Source: an uncultured delta proteobacterium
GTDB lineage: Bacteria > Desulfobacterota > Binatia > UBA9968
Reading direction: 5' to 3'
DNA length: 64,000 nucleotides
Assembly (NCBI GenBank): GCA_963771465.1
Contig: CAVYTU010000015.1
Location: 640,001-704,000, forward strand
The translations under genes were made by a program, and so were the position numbers. Positions 53,622 to 64,000 of the stretch are shown piece after piece (position 1 is the first letter of the stretch; each line of letters opens with the position of its first letter). The notes beneath the pieces were generated by a model. That model saw only the letters and a list, made by a program, of their open reading frames with translations, had not been told where the DNA came from and ran no database searches.

Positions 53622-55202
53622 TTGATGAAACTCCCCATCAGCAGCAATAGGATTGGACTCGCGCAGGGTTCAAGCAGCTTGATCATGCGCTTCAGCGCGG
53701 TCACCGGCATCGCCCTGCTCGCGGTGGCGATGGTTTCCATGTTCGTTAGCCATTCCTTGGAACGTAGCGCCCTGCTCGCTGAGCTGGAAAAACAAACGAC
53801 GCGTGCCGCCGACCTGCTGGCGCAAAACGTCGCCTCCTCCATGTTCACATTCAATAAAGACAATATCAGCGCCACGGTCACCGCGTTCGCCAGTGACCCG
53901 GCGATCCGCTTCATCGAGCTCAAAGATACTTCCGGCAAAGTGAGCGCGAGCAGCGGTCAACCCCAGCCGAACTCGACGATCACCGTGACCCGGCCGATTA
54001 AGTTCGACAAGAAGGAAGTGGTCGGTTCCGTCACGTTAGCCATGTCGACCGCGTCGGTGGATGAAGCACTCAGCCGCGATTGGTGGAACGTCGTCATACG
54101 TGAAATTGCCGGCTTGGTGTTATTGGCCTTGGTACTGACGGCACTCTTGCGCCGAGAAATTGTCCGGCCCATTTCATTGGTGGCTGACCGATTGAAGGAT
54201 ATCGCTCAAGGCGACGGCGATTTGACCAAACGAATCGACTATGACGCGGGAAATGAAATCGGCGAAGTCGCACGTGGGTTCAATCAATTCGTCGATAAAC
54301 TCGCCCCCGTGATTGCCCGGGTGCACACCACGGCCAACTCCTTATCGAACGCATCGGATCAAGTCTCCGCCTCAGCGCAATCTTTGTCGCGCGGCACCAG
54401 CGAGCAAGCCGCCTCCGTGCAGGAAACAACCGCCAGTTTAGAACAAATGAACGCGTCGATTTCACAGAACGCCGATAATTCAAGACAGATGGAAAAAATG
54501 GCCACCGAGGGCGCCTTAGAAATGGCCCAATGCAGCCAGATCGTGGCCGAAGCCGTCAACGCCATGAAATCGATCACCGATAAAATTTCCATCGTCGAGG
54601 AAATCGCTTATCAAACTAACTTACTCGCGCTCAATGCTGCCATCGAAGCCGCCCGGGCCGGCGAGCATGGCAAAGGCTTCGCGGTGGTCGCCAGCGAAGT
54701 ACGCAAGCTCGCCGAGCGTAGCCAAGCCGCCGCGCAAGAAATCAGCGCGCTTACTTCCAACAGTGTCAACACGGCCGAGCGCGCCGGCCAAGCGCTCAAT
54801 GCGCTGGTACCGGTGATTCGAAAAACCGCTGAATTGGTCCAAGAAGTCGCCACGGCGTCAAGAGAACAGGCCACCGGCGTAGCCCAGGTCAATCGCGCCA
54901 TGACTCAGGTCGATCAGGTCACGCAACTCAACGCCGCCGCCGCCGAAGAATTGTCCGCGACAGCGGAAACAATGAATTCACAAGCGAACGAACTCAAGCA
55001 ACTGATGGCTCGTTTCAAAGTAAGCGAGATGGAATCGAGTCATGAACGTTACCCGGCAGCTCTTGATCGAGACGCTGTAGCCGAGCAGCCGCACCCGGCA
55101 CGCGCGCGGGTAGACATAAGAAATACGGCACCGAGAAAGTTGGCGCCGCACGTAAGGATTTCGCCGGCGCCAAGCGAAAAGGACGACTACCGGCCGTTCT
55201 AA
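53622..55202 (+). CDS. Methyl-accepting chemotaxis protein with C-terminal pentapeptide
   Basis: TM-periplasmic-TM-HAMP-MA; ends DYRPF (NWETF-like CheR/CheB tether). Confidence 0.93.
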   Translation: MMKLPISSNRIGLAQGSSSLIMRFSAVTGIALLAVAMVSMFVSHSLERSALLAELEKQTTRAADLLAQNVASSMFTFNKDNISATVTAFASDPAIRFIELKDTSGKVSASSGQPQPNSTITVTRPIKFDKKEVVGSVTLAMSTASVDEALSRDWWNVVIREIAGLVLLALVLTALLRREIVRPISLVADRLKDIAQGDGDLTKRIDYDAGNEIGEVARGFNQFVDKLAPVIARVHTTANSLSNASDQVSASAQSLSRGTSEQAASVQETTASLEQMNASISQNADNSRQMEKMATEGALEMAQCSQIVAEAVNAMKSITDKISIVEEIAYQTNLLALNAAIEAARAGEHGKGFAVVASEVRKLAERSQAAAQEISALTSNSVNTAERAGQALNALVPVIRKTAELVQEVATASREQATGVAQVNRAMTQVDQVTQLNAAAAEELSATAETMNSQANELKQLMARFKVSEMESSHERYPAALDRDAVAEQPHPARARVDIRNTAPRKLAPHVRISPAPSEKDDYRPF

Positions 55203-55215
55203 TCGGCAAGCCACA

Positions 55216-56124
55216 ATGAGCAACGACGCTAGCGATAGCCTGATAACGGTGCAGCCGATCTCGGATCGAGAGTTCGGTCTGTTTCAACGTTTGATCTACG
55301 GCGCGGCCGGCATCCATCTCGCGCCCCATAAGAAAGCTCTGCTTGAAGCGCGCTTAAGCAAACATATTCGCGAGTTGGGACTCCATTCATTCGGCGCGTA
55401 CTACGATCATGTGGTCAAAGAGAATCGCAGTGATGAGCTGGTCCGCATGCTCGATCGGGTCTCGACCAACGAAACCCATTTTTTTCGTGAGCCGCGTCAA
55501 TTTGAATTTCTCGAAAACCGACTCTGCACCGAGTGGAGTCAGCAAGCCGATGCCGGACAAAGGCGTAAGCAAATCACGGTCTGGAGCGCCGGTTGTTCCA
55601 CCGGCGAAGAGGCTTATAGCATCGCCATGCTGCTGCTCGATCGCTTTTCACTGGAGCGCGGCTGGCAGATCGATATCCTTGCCACCGACCTCTCGACCCG
55701 AGCGCTGAGCACAGCCCGCGCGGGGATTTGGCCCATCGCCAAAGCCCAAGAGATCCCGGATAAATATCTCAAACGTTTCATGTTGCGGGGCACCGGCGCG
55801 CAGCAGAGCAACATGAAAGCCGGCCAGGAAATCGCATCGTTAATCAGATTCGATCGGCTCAATCTCAATGACGAAAGCTATCCCATCACCGGGCAGTTCG
55901 ACGCCATCTTTTGCCGCAATGTCTTGATCTATTTCGATGCTCAGTCCCGGGCAAAGGTCATCGATCGCCTGCTCGATCGGCTGGCTCCGTTCGGCTACCT
56001 ATTTGTCGGCCACGCTGAGAGTCTCAGCTGCGTCACCGAGCGCGCGCGGCATATTATACCAACCGTTTACACCCGCACGGCGGACGTTGCACGGCATTGG
56101 GTGACGCAGGCTGCGGCCCAATAG
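55216..56124 (+). CDS. cheR: Chemotaxis methyltransferase CheR
   Basis: TNETHFFRE, WSAGCSTGEEAYS, IFCRNVLIYF, GHAES. Confidence 0.96.
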   Translation: MSNDASDSLITVQPISDREFGLFQRLIYGAAGIHLAPHKKALLEARLSKHIRELGLHSFGAYYDHVVKENRSDELVRMLDRVSTNETHFFREPRQFEFLENRLCTEWSQQADAGQRRKQITVWSAGCSTGEEAYSIAMLLLDRFSLERGWQIDILATDLSTRALSTARAGIWPIAKAQEIPDKYLKRFMLRGTGAQQSNMKAGQEIASLIRFDRLNLNDESYPITGQFDAIFCRNVLIYFDAQSRAKVIDRLLDRLAPFGYLFVGHAESLSCVTERARHIIPTVYTRTADVARHWVTQAAAQ

Positions 56125-57246
<1,122 letters not shown>

Positions 57247-57270
57247 CCGTATTGAAGGGAAGGGACACAC

Positions 57271-57666
57271 ATGGAAACGAATGGAAAAAAGGTCCGAGTT
57301 TTAGCCGTCGACGATTCGAAAACGATGCTGGCGATGATGTCGGCATACTTGAAGAACAGCAGTTTCGAACTGGTGGCCACGGCCAGCAGCGGCTCGGAGG
57401 CGATCCAGAAATACAAGGACCTCAAGCCACAACTCGTGCTGCTCGACGTGGTCATGCCCGAAGTGACGGGAATCACGACGCTGGAGAAAATCCTCGACGA
57501 TGATCACGAAGCCTGTATCGTCATGGTGAGTTCACTCGGCACGGAGGCGACTGTGCAAGACTGTTTGAAAAAGGGCGCCAAGAGCTTCGTGCAGAAACCG
57601 ATTCAGAAAGACGGCATGCTGGCAACTCTCAAGTCCGTGTGCCAGGAGGCCGGGGTGTCTCTATGA
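57271..57666 (+). CDS. CheY-like response regulator
   Basis: AVDDS, LDVVMP, MVSS, QKP. Confidence 0.9.
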   Translation: METNGKKVRVLAVDDSKTMLAMMSAYLKNSSFELVATASSGSEAIQKYKDLKPQLVLLDVVMPEVTGITTLEKILDDDHEACIVMVSSLGTEATVQDCLKKGAKSFVQKPIQKDGMLATLKSVCQEAGVSL

Positions 57667-58517
57667 GCGCAAAGTTCTTCGGCCAATACTTACTTGAAAA
57701 AGGGCGGATTACCTCCCAGCAGCTGGTCGATGCGCTGGAATATCAGAAATCGATCACTGCGCCGATCGGCGCGTTGGCCCTCGATCAAGGCTTGCTGACG
57801 GTTGACCAAATCAAACTGATACTGGGACGGCAATTGAAAAGCGAAAAACGCTTCGGTGAGCTCGCGGTGTCCTTGGGACTTCTCACTCAAGCTCGAGTCG
57901 ACGAGTTAATTCAAACGCAATCCAGCCACAAACTCTTGCTCGGCGAAGCGTTGATGGTCAAAGGCTATATCAGCGTCGAGACGCTTGAGCGGGAGCTCAA
58001 AGAGTACAAGAAGGAAGAAGACAAGCTTTCCACCCAGCTCAACGCCACTTTCAATACCATCGGCAACAAACAGATCGTCAAGACATTTACCGATCTCATG
58101 GTGATGATGTTTAACAACTTCGGCCAACAAGATATCAAGGTGGAGCAGTGCGAAATGGGCAAAGAAAACATTCGGCTGTTTCGCTGGGTTATCTCGCAGA
58201 AAATTGCCGGCGAAAACGTCGAGTTCAATTGTCTCTTATCGGTGCCGCCCAAACTGCTGCTGCAAATGGCCTCGACGATGCTGGACGAAAACATCAGCAC
58301 TGCCGATGAGCTGGCGCTCGATGCAACGAAAGAATTCGTCAACATCGCCAACGGCAACGCCTGCGCCAAGCTATCGGAAAACGGCGTCGCGCTGACAATG
58401 TTGCCGCCGGAAGTCTACGAGACCACCACCAAGCCGTACACCGTCCAAGCCCAAAATGTGGTTTGCGTCCATCTGGCTTGCCCCGACTCAAAGCTCGAAG
58501 TTGCCTTCGAGTTTTAG
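57663..58517 (+). CDS. MshEN-like repeats fused to a CheX/CheC-like phosphatase domain
   Basis: Four xxG..L...G.(I/L)....L...L..Q repeats; C-terminal DATKEFVNIANGN (ExxN). Confidence 0.75.
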   Translation: MSAKFFGQYLLEKGRITSQQLVDALEYQKSITAPIGALALDQGLLTVDQIKLILGRQLKSEKRFGELAVSLGLLTQARVDELIQTQSSHKLLLGEALMVKGYISVETLERELKEYKKEEDKLSTQLNATFNTIGNKQIVKTFTDLMVMMFNNFGQQDIKVEQCEMGKENIRLFRWVISQKIAGENVEFNCLLSVPPKLLLQMASTMLDENISTADELALDATKEFVNIANGNACAKLSENGVALTMLPPEVYETTTKPYTVQAQNVVCVHLACPDSKLEVAFEF

Positions 58518-58589
58518 ATGAGTAATGCTCGGAGGGCCGATCGAGAACCTGCAAGCTTGACCGCAACGGAATTCTAAAGCGAGGGTTGG

Positions 58590-59129
58590 ATGACGAACGA
58601 AACTCTTAATTGCTCACAAATGCTTCGGGCAATCGGGCAGTTATTGGAGGCACTTAACATCGATTCTTTTACCTTGAGAGTTGACGATAACGACGTCCTC
58701 GTCCGCGACCGGTTTCCGCGCCGTAATCGAGAAATTAAAATTAGAGAAAGCCTGGTCTCCGCTTGGAATAACATCCGCTCTCGGGATTCTCGATTTGAAA
58801 ATTCTTTCCACGAAACGGGTGTGCTGCAGTTCCGTGTCGCGCAAGAAGATGCTGCCCTATTGGAACACGACGGGCAGGAGCGGCGCCAAAATCCTGACAA
58901 GGTACCGGAATTAGGCGCCCCGTCCCAAATTCTTCGCGACGTCGGTGGTATTGTCGACCACAAACGCGGACGACTGCTCGAAGTCTCGAAACATGATCAA
59001 GATATCCACTTTGAATTCGAGCTGCCTTCTCGCGAAATTGTTACTGAGCGGTTCACGGTTTCTTCGCTGTATGACTACTGGGTGACGATGTACCTGAAAA
59101 GAAGTGACCGAAGCCCCACCAAACGCTAA
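58590..59129 (+). CDS. Hypothetical protein with internal duplication
   Basis: SQMLRAIGQLLE and SQILRDVGGIVD halves. Confidence 0.65.
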   Translation: MTNETLNCSQMLRAIGQLLEALNIDSFTLRVDDNDVLVRDRFPRRNREIKIRESLVSAWNNIRSRDSRFENSFHETGVLQFRVAQEDAALLEHDGQERRQNPDKVPELGAPSQILRDVGGIVDHKRGRLLEVSKHDQDIHFEFELPSREIVTERFTVSSLYDYWVTMYLKRSDRSPTKR

Positions 59130-59159
59130 CGATCTCGTGCCGTACCGCCTTGCCTATTC

Positions 59160-59834
59160 CTAATCATTCTGAGCTGCGCTCGACGGACAAAGATCGCTTA
59201 ATGCGCAACGCGCGCAGGCCGGCTTGCGGGCAGCGCACACGCGCCGGCCATGGATAATCAACCGGTGCGAGAACCCAGTCCATTCGGCCGGCGGAAGCAG
59301 CCGCGCCAAATCCTTTTCAACCTTCACGGGATCTTGCTGCCGAGATAGTCCCAGCCGGCGCGACAGCCGGCCGCAGTGAGTATCCACCGCGATGCCGGGA
59401 AAGTTGAAAGCGTGACCGCGGATCACATTGGCGGTCTTGCGCCCGACGCCGGCCAGGCGAGTCAGGTCATTCATCGCCGACGGCACGGCGCCGTTGAACT
59501 CAGTGACCAATTGCTGCGCGCAGCGTTTGAGCGATTTTGCCTTGGCGTGAAACAGCCCGAGAGTACGAATCAGAATTTCGATATCGCGAATAGCGGCATC
59601 GGCGAGCGCCGTAGGCTTAGGATAGCGCTCGAATAACGCCGGCGTGACCTTATTTACCGCGGCATCGGTGCATTGTGCGGACAAGATCACCGCGATCAGC
59701 AGCTCGAAAGTGTTTCGATGGCTAAGCGGACATTCGACATCGCCGTATAACGTAGCCAAGCGCGACGCCAGCCTATTGGCGCGCCGGGATTTCTCTTCCA
59801 GCGTCTCGCGTTTGCGTGCCGTCTGGCTTGGCAT
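59160..59834 (-). CDS. nth: Endonuclease III
   Basis: LSAQCTD, GVGRKTANV (HhH), VDTH, C-x6-C-x2-C-x5-C Fe-S motif. Confidence 0.96.
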   Translation of the reverse strand: MPSQTARKRETLEEKSRRANRLASRLATLYGDVECPLSHRNTFELLIAVILSAQCTDAAVNKVTPALFERYPKPTALADAAIRDIEILIRTLGLFHAKAKSLKRCAQQLVTEFNGAVPSAMNDLTRLAGVGRKTANVIRGHAFNFPGIAVDTHCGRLSRRLGLSRQQDPVKVEKDLARLLPPAEWTGFSHRLIIHGRRVCAARKPACARCALSDLCPSSAAQND

Positions 59835-59860
59835 TTCTGCTCGAATCGACGCGCAGCAAG

Positions 59861-61202
<1,342 letters not shown>

Positions 61203-61216
61203 TTAGTTTTATTCCT

Positions 61217-61795
61217 ATGCCAATTCGTTTGCGCTTACCTGCCGCGTGGCCGCTTTATCTCGTCGGTTCGCTGATCTTGATGCTCGCCTTGGTGACCCTT
61301 ATCGGCGAGCGCGGCGCATTGCATCTATGGCGCCTACGCGGCGAAAAAACTCAACTGGATGAACAAAATTATCGGCTACAGATGGAGAACCGGACCTTGC
61401 GCGAGCGCGTGAGCCGCATCCGCAATGACAACTCATATCTGGAAAAGTTAGCTCGCGAGGAGTTGAACCTGGTGCGCCCCGGCGAAGTCGTCTACCGCTT
61501 TCCCAAAGCAGAGCCGCGCCGCAACGTCGTCAGTGAGAGCGCTCGAATCGCTCCCGTCAAAGGGACAAAAACCACCTCGCTGAGGAATTCAACAATCTCC
61601 TTGTCGGCGCGCTTGCGGATACGCACCAGCCTTTGGGTTTGGCGCGGGTCGCCAAGCGGCATGATGATCTGCCCGCCTTCGCGTAGTTGGCGCCACAGCG
61701 GCTCGGGAACTTTTGGCGCGGCAGCGGTCAGCAATATCGCGTCGAAAGGCGCGTTTTCCTGCCAGCCAAAAAATCCATCGCCAACTTTGAATTGA
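61217..61795 (+). CDS. ftsB: Septum formation initiator FtsB/DivIC (3' extension doubtful)
   Basis: TM, GERG, coiled coil, YLEKLAREELNLVRPGE; homology ends near 61510. Confidence 0.85.
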   Translation: MPIRLRLPAAWPLYLVGSLILMLALVTLIGERGALHLWRLRGEKTQLDEQNYRLQMENRTLRERVSRIRNDNSYLEKLAREELNLVRPGEVVYRFPKAEPRRNVVSESARIAPVKGTKTTSLRNSTISLSARLRIRTSLWVWRGSPSGMMICPPSRSWRHSGSGTFGAAAVSNIASKGAFSCQPKNPSPTLN

Positions 61796-62307
61796 ACGTT
61801 GGTGGCGCCAAGTTCGGCCAACGGCGGTTTGGCGCGCTCGCTTAAGGCGGCGATGATTTCGATCGAATAGACCGCTCCGGCCAAGCGCGCCAACACGGCG
61901 GTTTGATAACCCGAGCCGGTCCCGATTTCCAAAACCTTCTCGCTGCCTTTGAGTTCCAACAGCTCACTCATGTAGGCGACGATATAGGGCTGCGAAATCG
62001 TTTGGCCTGCGCCGATGGGCAGCGGCCGGTCATCGTATGCCGATGAACGAAATTTTTCCGGGACGAATAGATGGCGTGGCACGAACTCCATCGCGGCGAG
62101 CACCCGCGGGTCTTTGATGCCGCGTGATTTCAAGTCGCGCTCGATCATCGTGCGCCGCGCGGTTAGAAATGGGTCGAGAGTTTCGCCTGAGCGTGAATCG
62201 GGTTGAGCCGCCGGCAACGCAAGCGGAAAATGAAGCAGAAGCAGAATCGCGCAGAAAAGCCGGGAACGGCTATTTTTTGTCCTTAAAGACAAAGTGATAA
62301 TACTCAT
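61492..62307 (-). CDS. pcm: Protein-L-isoaspartate O-methyltransferase (start uncertain)
   Basis: VPRHLFVP, GQTISQPYIVA, LEIGTGSGYQ, APFDAI, FVPL. Confidence 0.93.
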   Translation of the reverse strand: MSIITLSLRTKNSRSRLFCAILLLLHFPLALPAAQPDSRSGETLDPFLTARRTMIERDLKSRGIKDPRVLAAMEFVPRHLFVPEKFRSSAYDDRPLPIGAGQTISQPYIVAYMSELLELKGSEKVLEIGTGSGYQTAVLARLAGAVYSIEIIAALSERAKPPLAELGATNVQFKVGDGFFGWQENAPFDAILLTAAAPKVPEPLWRQLREGGQIIMPLGDPRQTQRLVRIRKRADKEIVEFLSEVVFVPLTGAIRALSLTTLRRGSALGKR

Positions 62308-62653
62308 CCATGTCCATCAAAGTGTCGAGATCGGAATCGTCTTTCAAGCGCACTTCGATCAGCCAGCCGTCGCTGTAGGGATCTTCATTGATGATCGAGG
62401 GATGATCTTCCAGATGCGGATTGACCGCCAGCACGGTTCCGCTCACCGGAGAAATAAGTTCATGGACGGTGGACACCGATTCGATCTCGGCGAACGCTTC
62501 ACCCTCTTCGATCTTATCGCCGATGTCGGGCAGGTCGACGGAAATCACCGTGCCGAGCGCGCCTTGAATATAGTTGGTGATACCGAGCTGAACATCCTGG
62601 TCCGCGACCCCGACCCAGATATGTTTCTCACTCACTTTGACGTCTTTTTCCAT
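62270..62653 (-). CDS. Glycine cleavage H-protein homologue lacking the lipoyl lysine
   Basis: GITNYIQGALG, SPVSGTVLAVN, INEDPYSDGWL; IESVST in place of ESVK. Confidence 0.85.
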   Translation of the reverse strand: MEKDVKVSEKHIWVGVADQDVQLGITNYIQGALGTVISVDLPDIGDKIEEGEAFAEIESVSTVHELISPVSGTVLAVNPHLEDHPSIINEDPYSDGWLIEVRLKDDSDLDTLMDMDEYYHFVFKDKK

Positions 62654-62734
62654 CGTAATCTTTCGGTTCACTCACTATAGACTTGTCCTCAGAGTGTCAA
62701 GAGCGGAATCGCGCCGCGCGGCGCGCTAACCGTG

Positions 62735-62846
62735 TCGAGCGAAACTTTCACAAGAGCAACCAAACGCGCCGCCCTGTTCTGACTGCGGCGCAATCATGAT
62801 CCGCAGCGGCGCCTGTTTACAAATGCATGAATAGCGGCAGTAACGA
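62735..62846 (+). pseudogene. Orphan fragment resembling the C-terminal Zn ribbon of class II ribonucleotide reductase (NrdJ)
   Basis: APPCSDCGAIMIRSGAC / YKCMNSG with one frameshift and no upstream coding region. Confidence 0.6.
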
Positions 62847-63069
62847 ATGCCGGCTCTTTTTGCGCTCACTATGATTATCTCAAAAAATACGAAAGCCCGG
62901 GTTCAGTGGTCGTCGCCCAACATCGTCGATGATCCTAAATATGCGGAAGTAGCTTTCCGCCTTTGTCGAATCGCGTCATCGCAAAAGGTTTTACAATCCA
63001 TTGTTCCCAATGTAAAAGCGGTCGCATTACACGGTTGTGAGCGGTAATATACCGAAGTTGTATCGTTCT

Positions 63070-63097
63070 ATACGGAACTAGATAATCATAGTTAGGC
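63070..63097 (+). mobile_element. attI-like integron recombination site
   Basis: ...GAACTAGATAATCATA-GTTAGGC; GTTRRRY core 17 bp before the cassette ATG, not preceded by an attC hairpin. Confidence 0.55.
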
Positions 63098-63114
63098 TGC
63101 CTACGGATATCGAT

Positions 63115-63715
63115 ATGACAACTCAATCACCAGTACTGCGGGAGTTCACCGACGCTACGCGTCGACATTTCAGTTTCCTGATTAGCGATTTTGGTTTCTC
63201 TGAGGCGGAATTGCCAAACGACAAGGACATCAATGAGTTCCAAGTCCGTTACCTGAGCGCTCGAGTGCTGGTCACCATCGAAGGCATGAATTGGGGCTAC
63301 GGGGACCAGGTTCTTCTTTCGGTGCGCGAGCCCAGTGCGAACAAGGTCCGACCCGAGATTCCACTTTGGCCGATCGTTAAGTTGCGACAGCCCGATCTGT
63401 ATAAGTCTCTAATGGTCGCCGATGGTCAGTTGGCACAGTTGGAGGTTTACGCGACAGCATTACGTTTGTGCGCCAGCGACATTGGGTGGCGATTTCACGA
63501 TTAGCGCAGCCGCAGAGAAACTCATCTCGGAAGAGGCAAGTATTGCGCTCGGTCTAGAGGAACAGCGGAGGTATGACGCGGAGTCGGCGCGAGCGTCCGA
63601 CGCTTTTCACCGGAAGGACTATGCTGAATTCATCAGACTTATCGAGCCGTTTAATAACAGGCTCTCCCAAGGTCAGAAGAAGAATTTGGACTATGCAAGG
63701 AGACAGATCGCATGA
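63115..63715 (+). CDS. Integron cassette gene, hypothetical protein (frameshift near 63485)
   Basis: ORFs 63115-63504 and 63422-63715 join; bounded by GTTAGGC and GCCTAAC. Confidence 0.7.
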
Positions 63716-63724
63716 TGGTCGGCG

Positions 63725-63796
63725 GCCTAACAAAAATAGCCGAGGCCGCCCCGCCGCTGCGCGGCGTGTCGGCGCGGCTGAACTCATGCGTTATGC
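63725..63796 (+). mobile_element. attC site
   Basis: R'' GCCTAAC ... TAGCCG/CGGCTG inner pairing, GCCGC-TGC-GCGGC central stem ... R' GTTATGC; 72 bp, 9 bp after the stop codon. Confidence 0.75.
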
Positions 63797-63874
63797 GGCG
63801 TCGTTCTGAAGTCTTACATGACTAGCCTCCACTGTCTTGCAAATGAATATATCTGGAACTTCTAGGATGAGAAC

Positions 63875-64000
63875 ATGAAAAAGTCGGGCGCGAGCCAAGG
63901 CCAGTCGGCATCGGAGCTCATCTCCAAAAGAATCGCCGAGCTCGGGGACTGGCGCGGAAAAACCCTCAGCAGAATGCGCAAGCTCATCAAGGAAGCAGAC
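63875..64000 (+). CDS. DUF1801 (YdhG-like) protein, partial; probable second cassette
   Basis: MKKSGASQGQSASELISKRIAELGDWRGKTLSRMRKLIKEAD. Confidence 0.8.
   Translation, partial: MKKSGASQGQSASELISKRIAELGDWRGKTLSRMRKLIKEAD

Noticed and set aside
61492-61795. 300-bp convergent overlap of ftsB and pcm as a real overlapping gene pair
   Set aside because: FtsB homology ends near 61510; the extension is probably a missed stop caused by an indel

Overview
Bacterial chromosomal window, GC-rich in the core. Gene content (orphan Bug/TctC binding proteins, amidohydrolase, DksA, DUF3501-rubrerythrin) is suggestive of a Candidatus Binatia-like deltaproteobacterial genome; this is inference only. From left to right: (1) start of a Wza/Wzc exopolysaccharide operon; (2) a ~14 kb, more AT-rich, decayed island next to the 3' end of tRNA-Ala(CGC), holding a serine-recombinase remnant, SRAP, a LigD-type ligase, SNase, a WYL-like protein, Hsp20, a terminase-small-subunit-like HTH and a family of tiny paralogous genes; (3) housekeeping genes (galU, dksA, rubrerythrin-DUF3501-Fur, alr, purH/D/E, tsaC, pepF, cinA, a Tgt-MnmC-type methyltransferase fusion, surE, hslR); (4) a 177-nt candidate structured RNA ahead of a Bug-family gene; (5) a chemosensory cluster (3 MCPs, an embedded PstS-like binding protein, an MshEN-CheX-like fusion) set back-to-back with a coiled-coil protein plus KaiC-like ATPase, each side with a sigma54-type motif; (6) nth, eno, ftsB, pcm and a GcvH homologue lacking its lipoyl lysine; (7) the start of an integron-type cassette array (attI-like site, cassette, attC) with no integrase next to it. 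Many conserved genes carry single-base frameshifts, most likely assembly indel errors, so pseudogene calls are provisional. All family calls come from motif recognition by eye; no searches were run.
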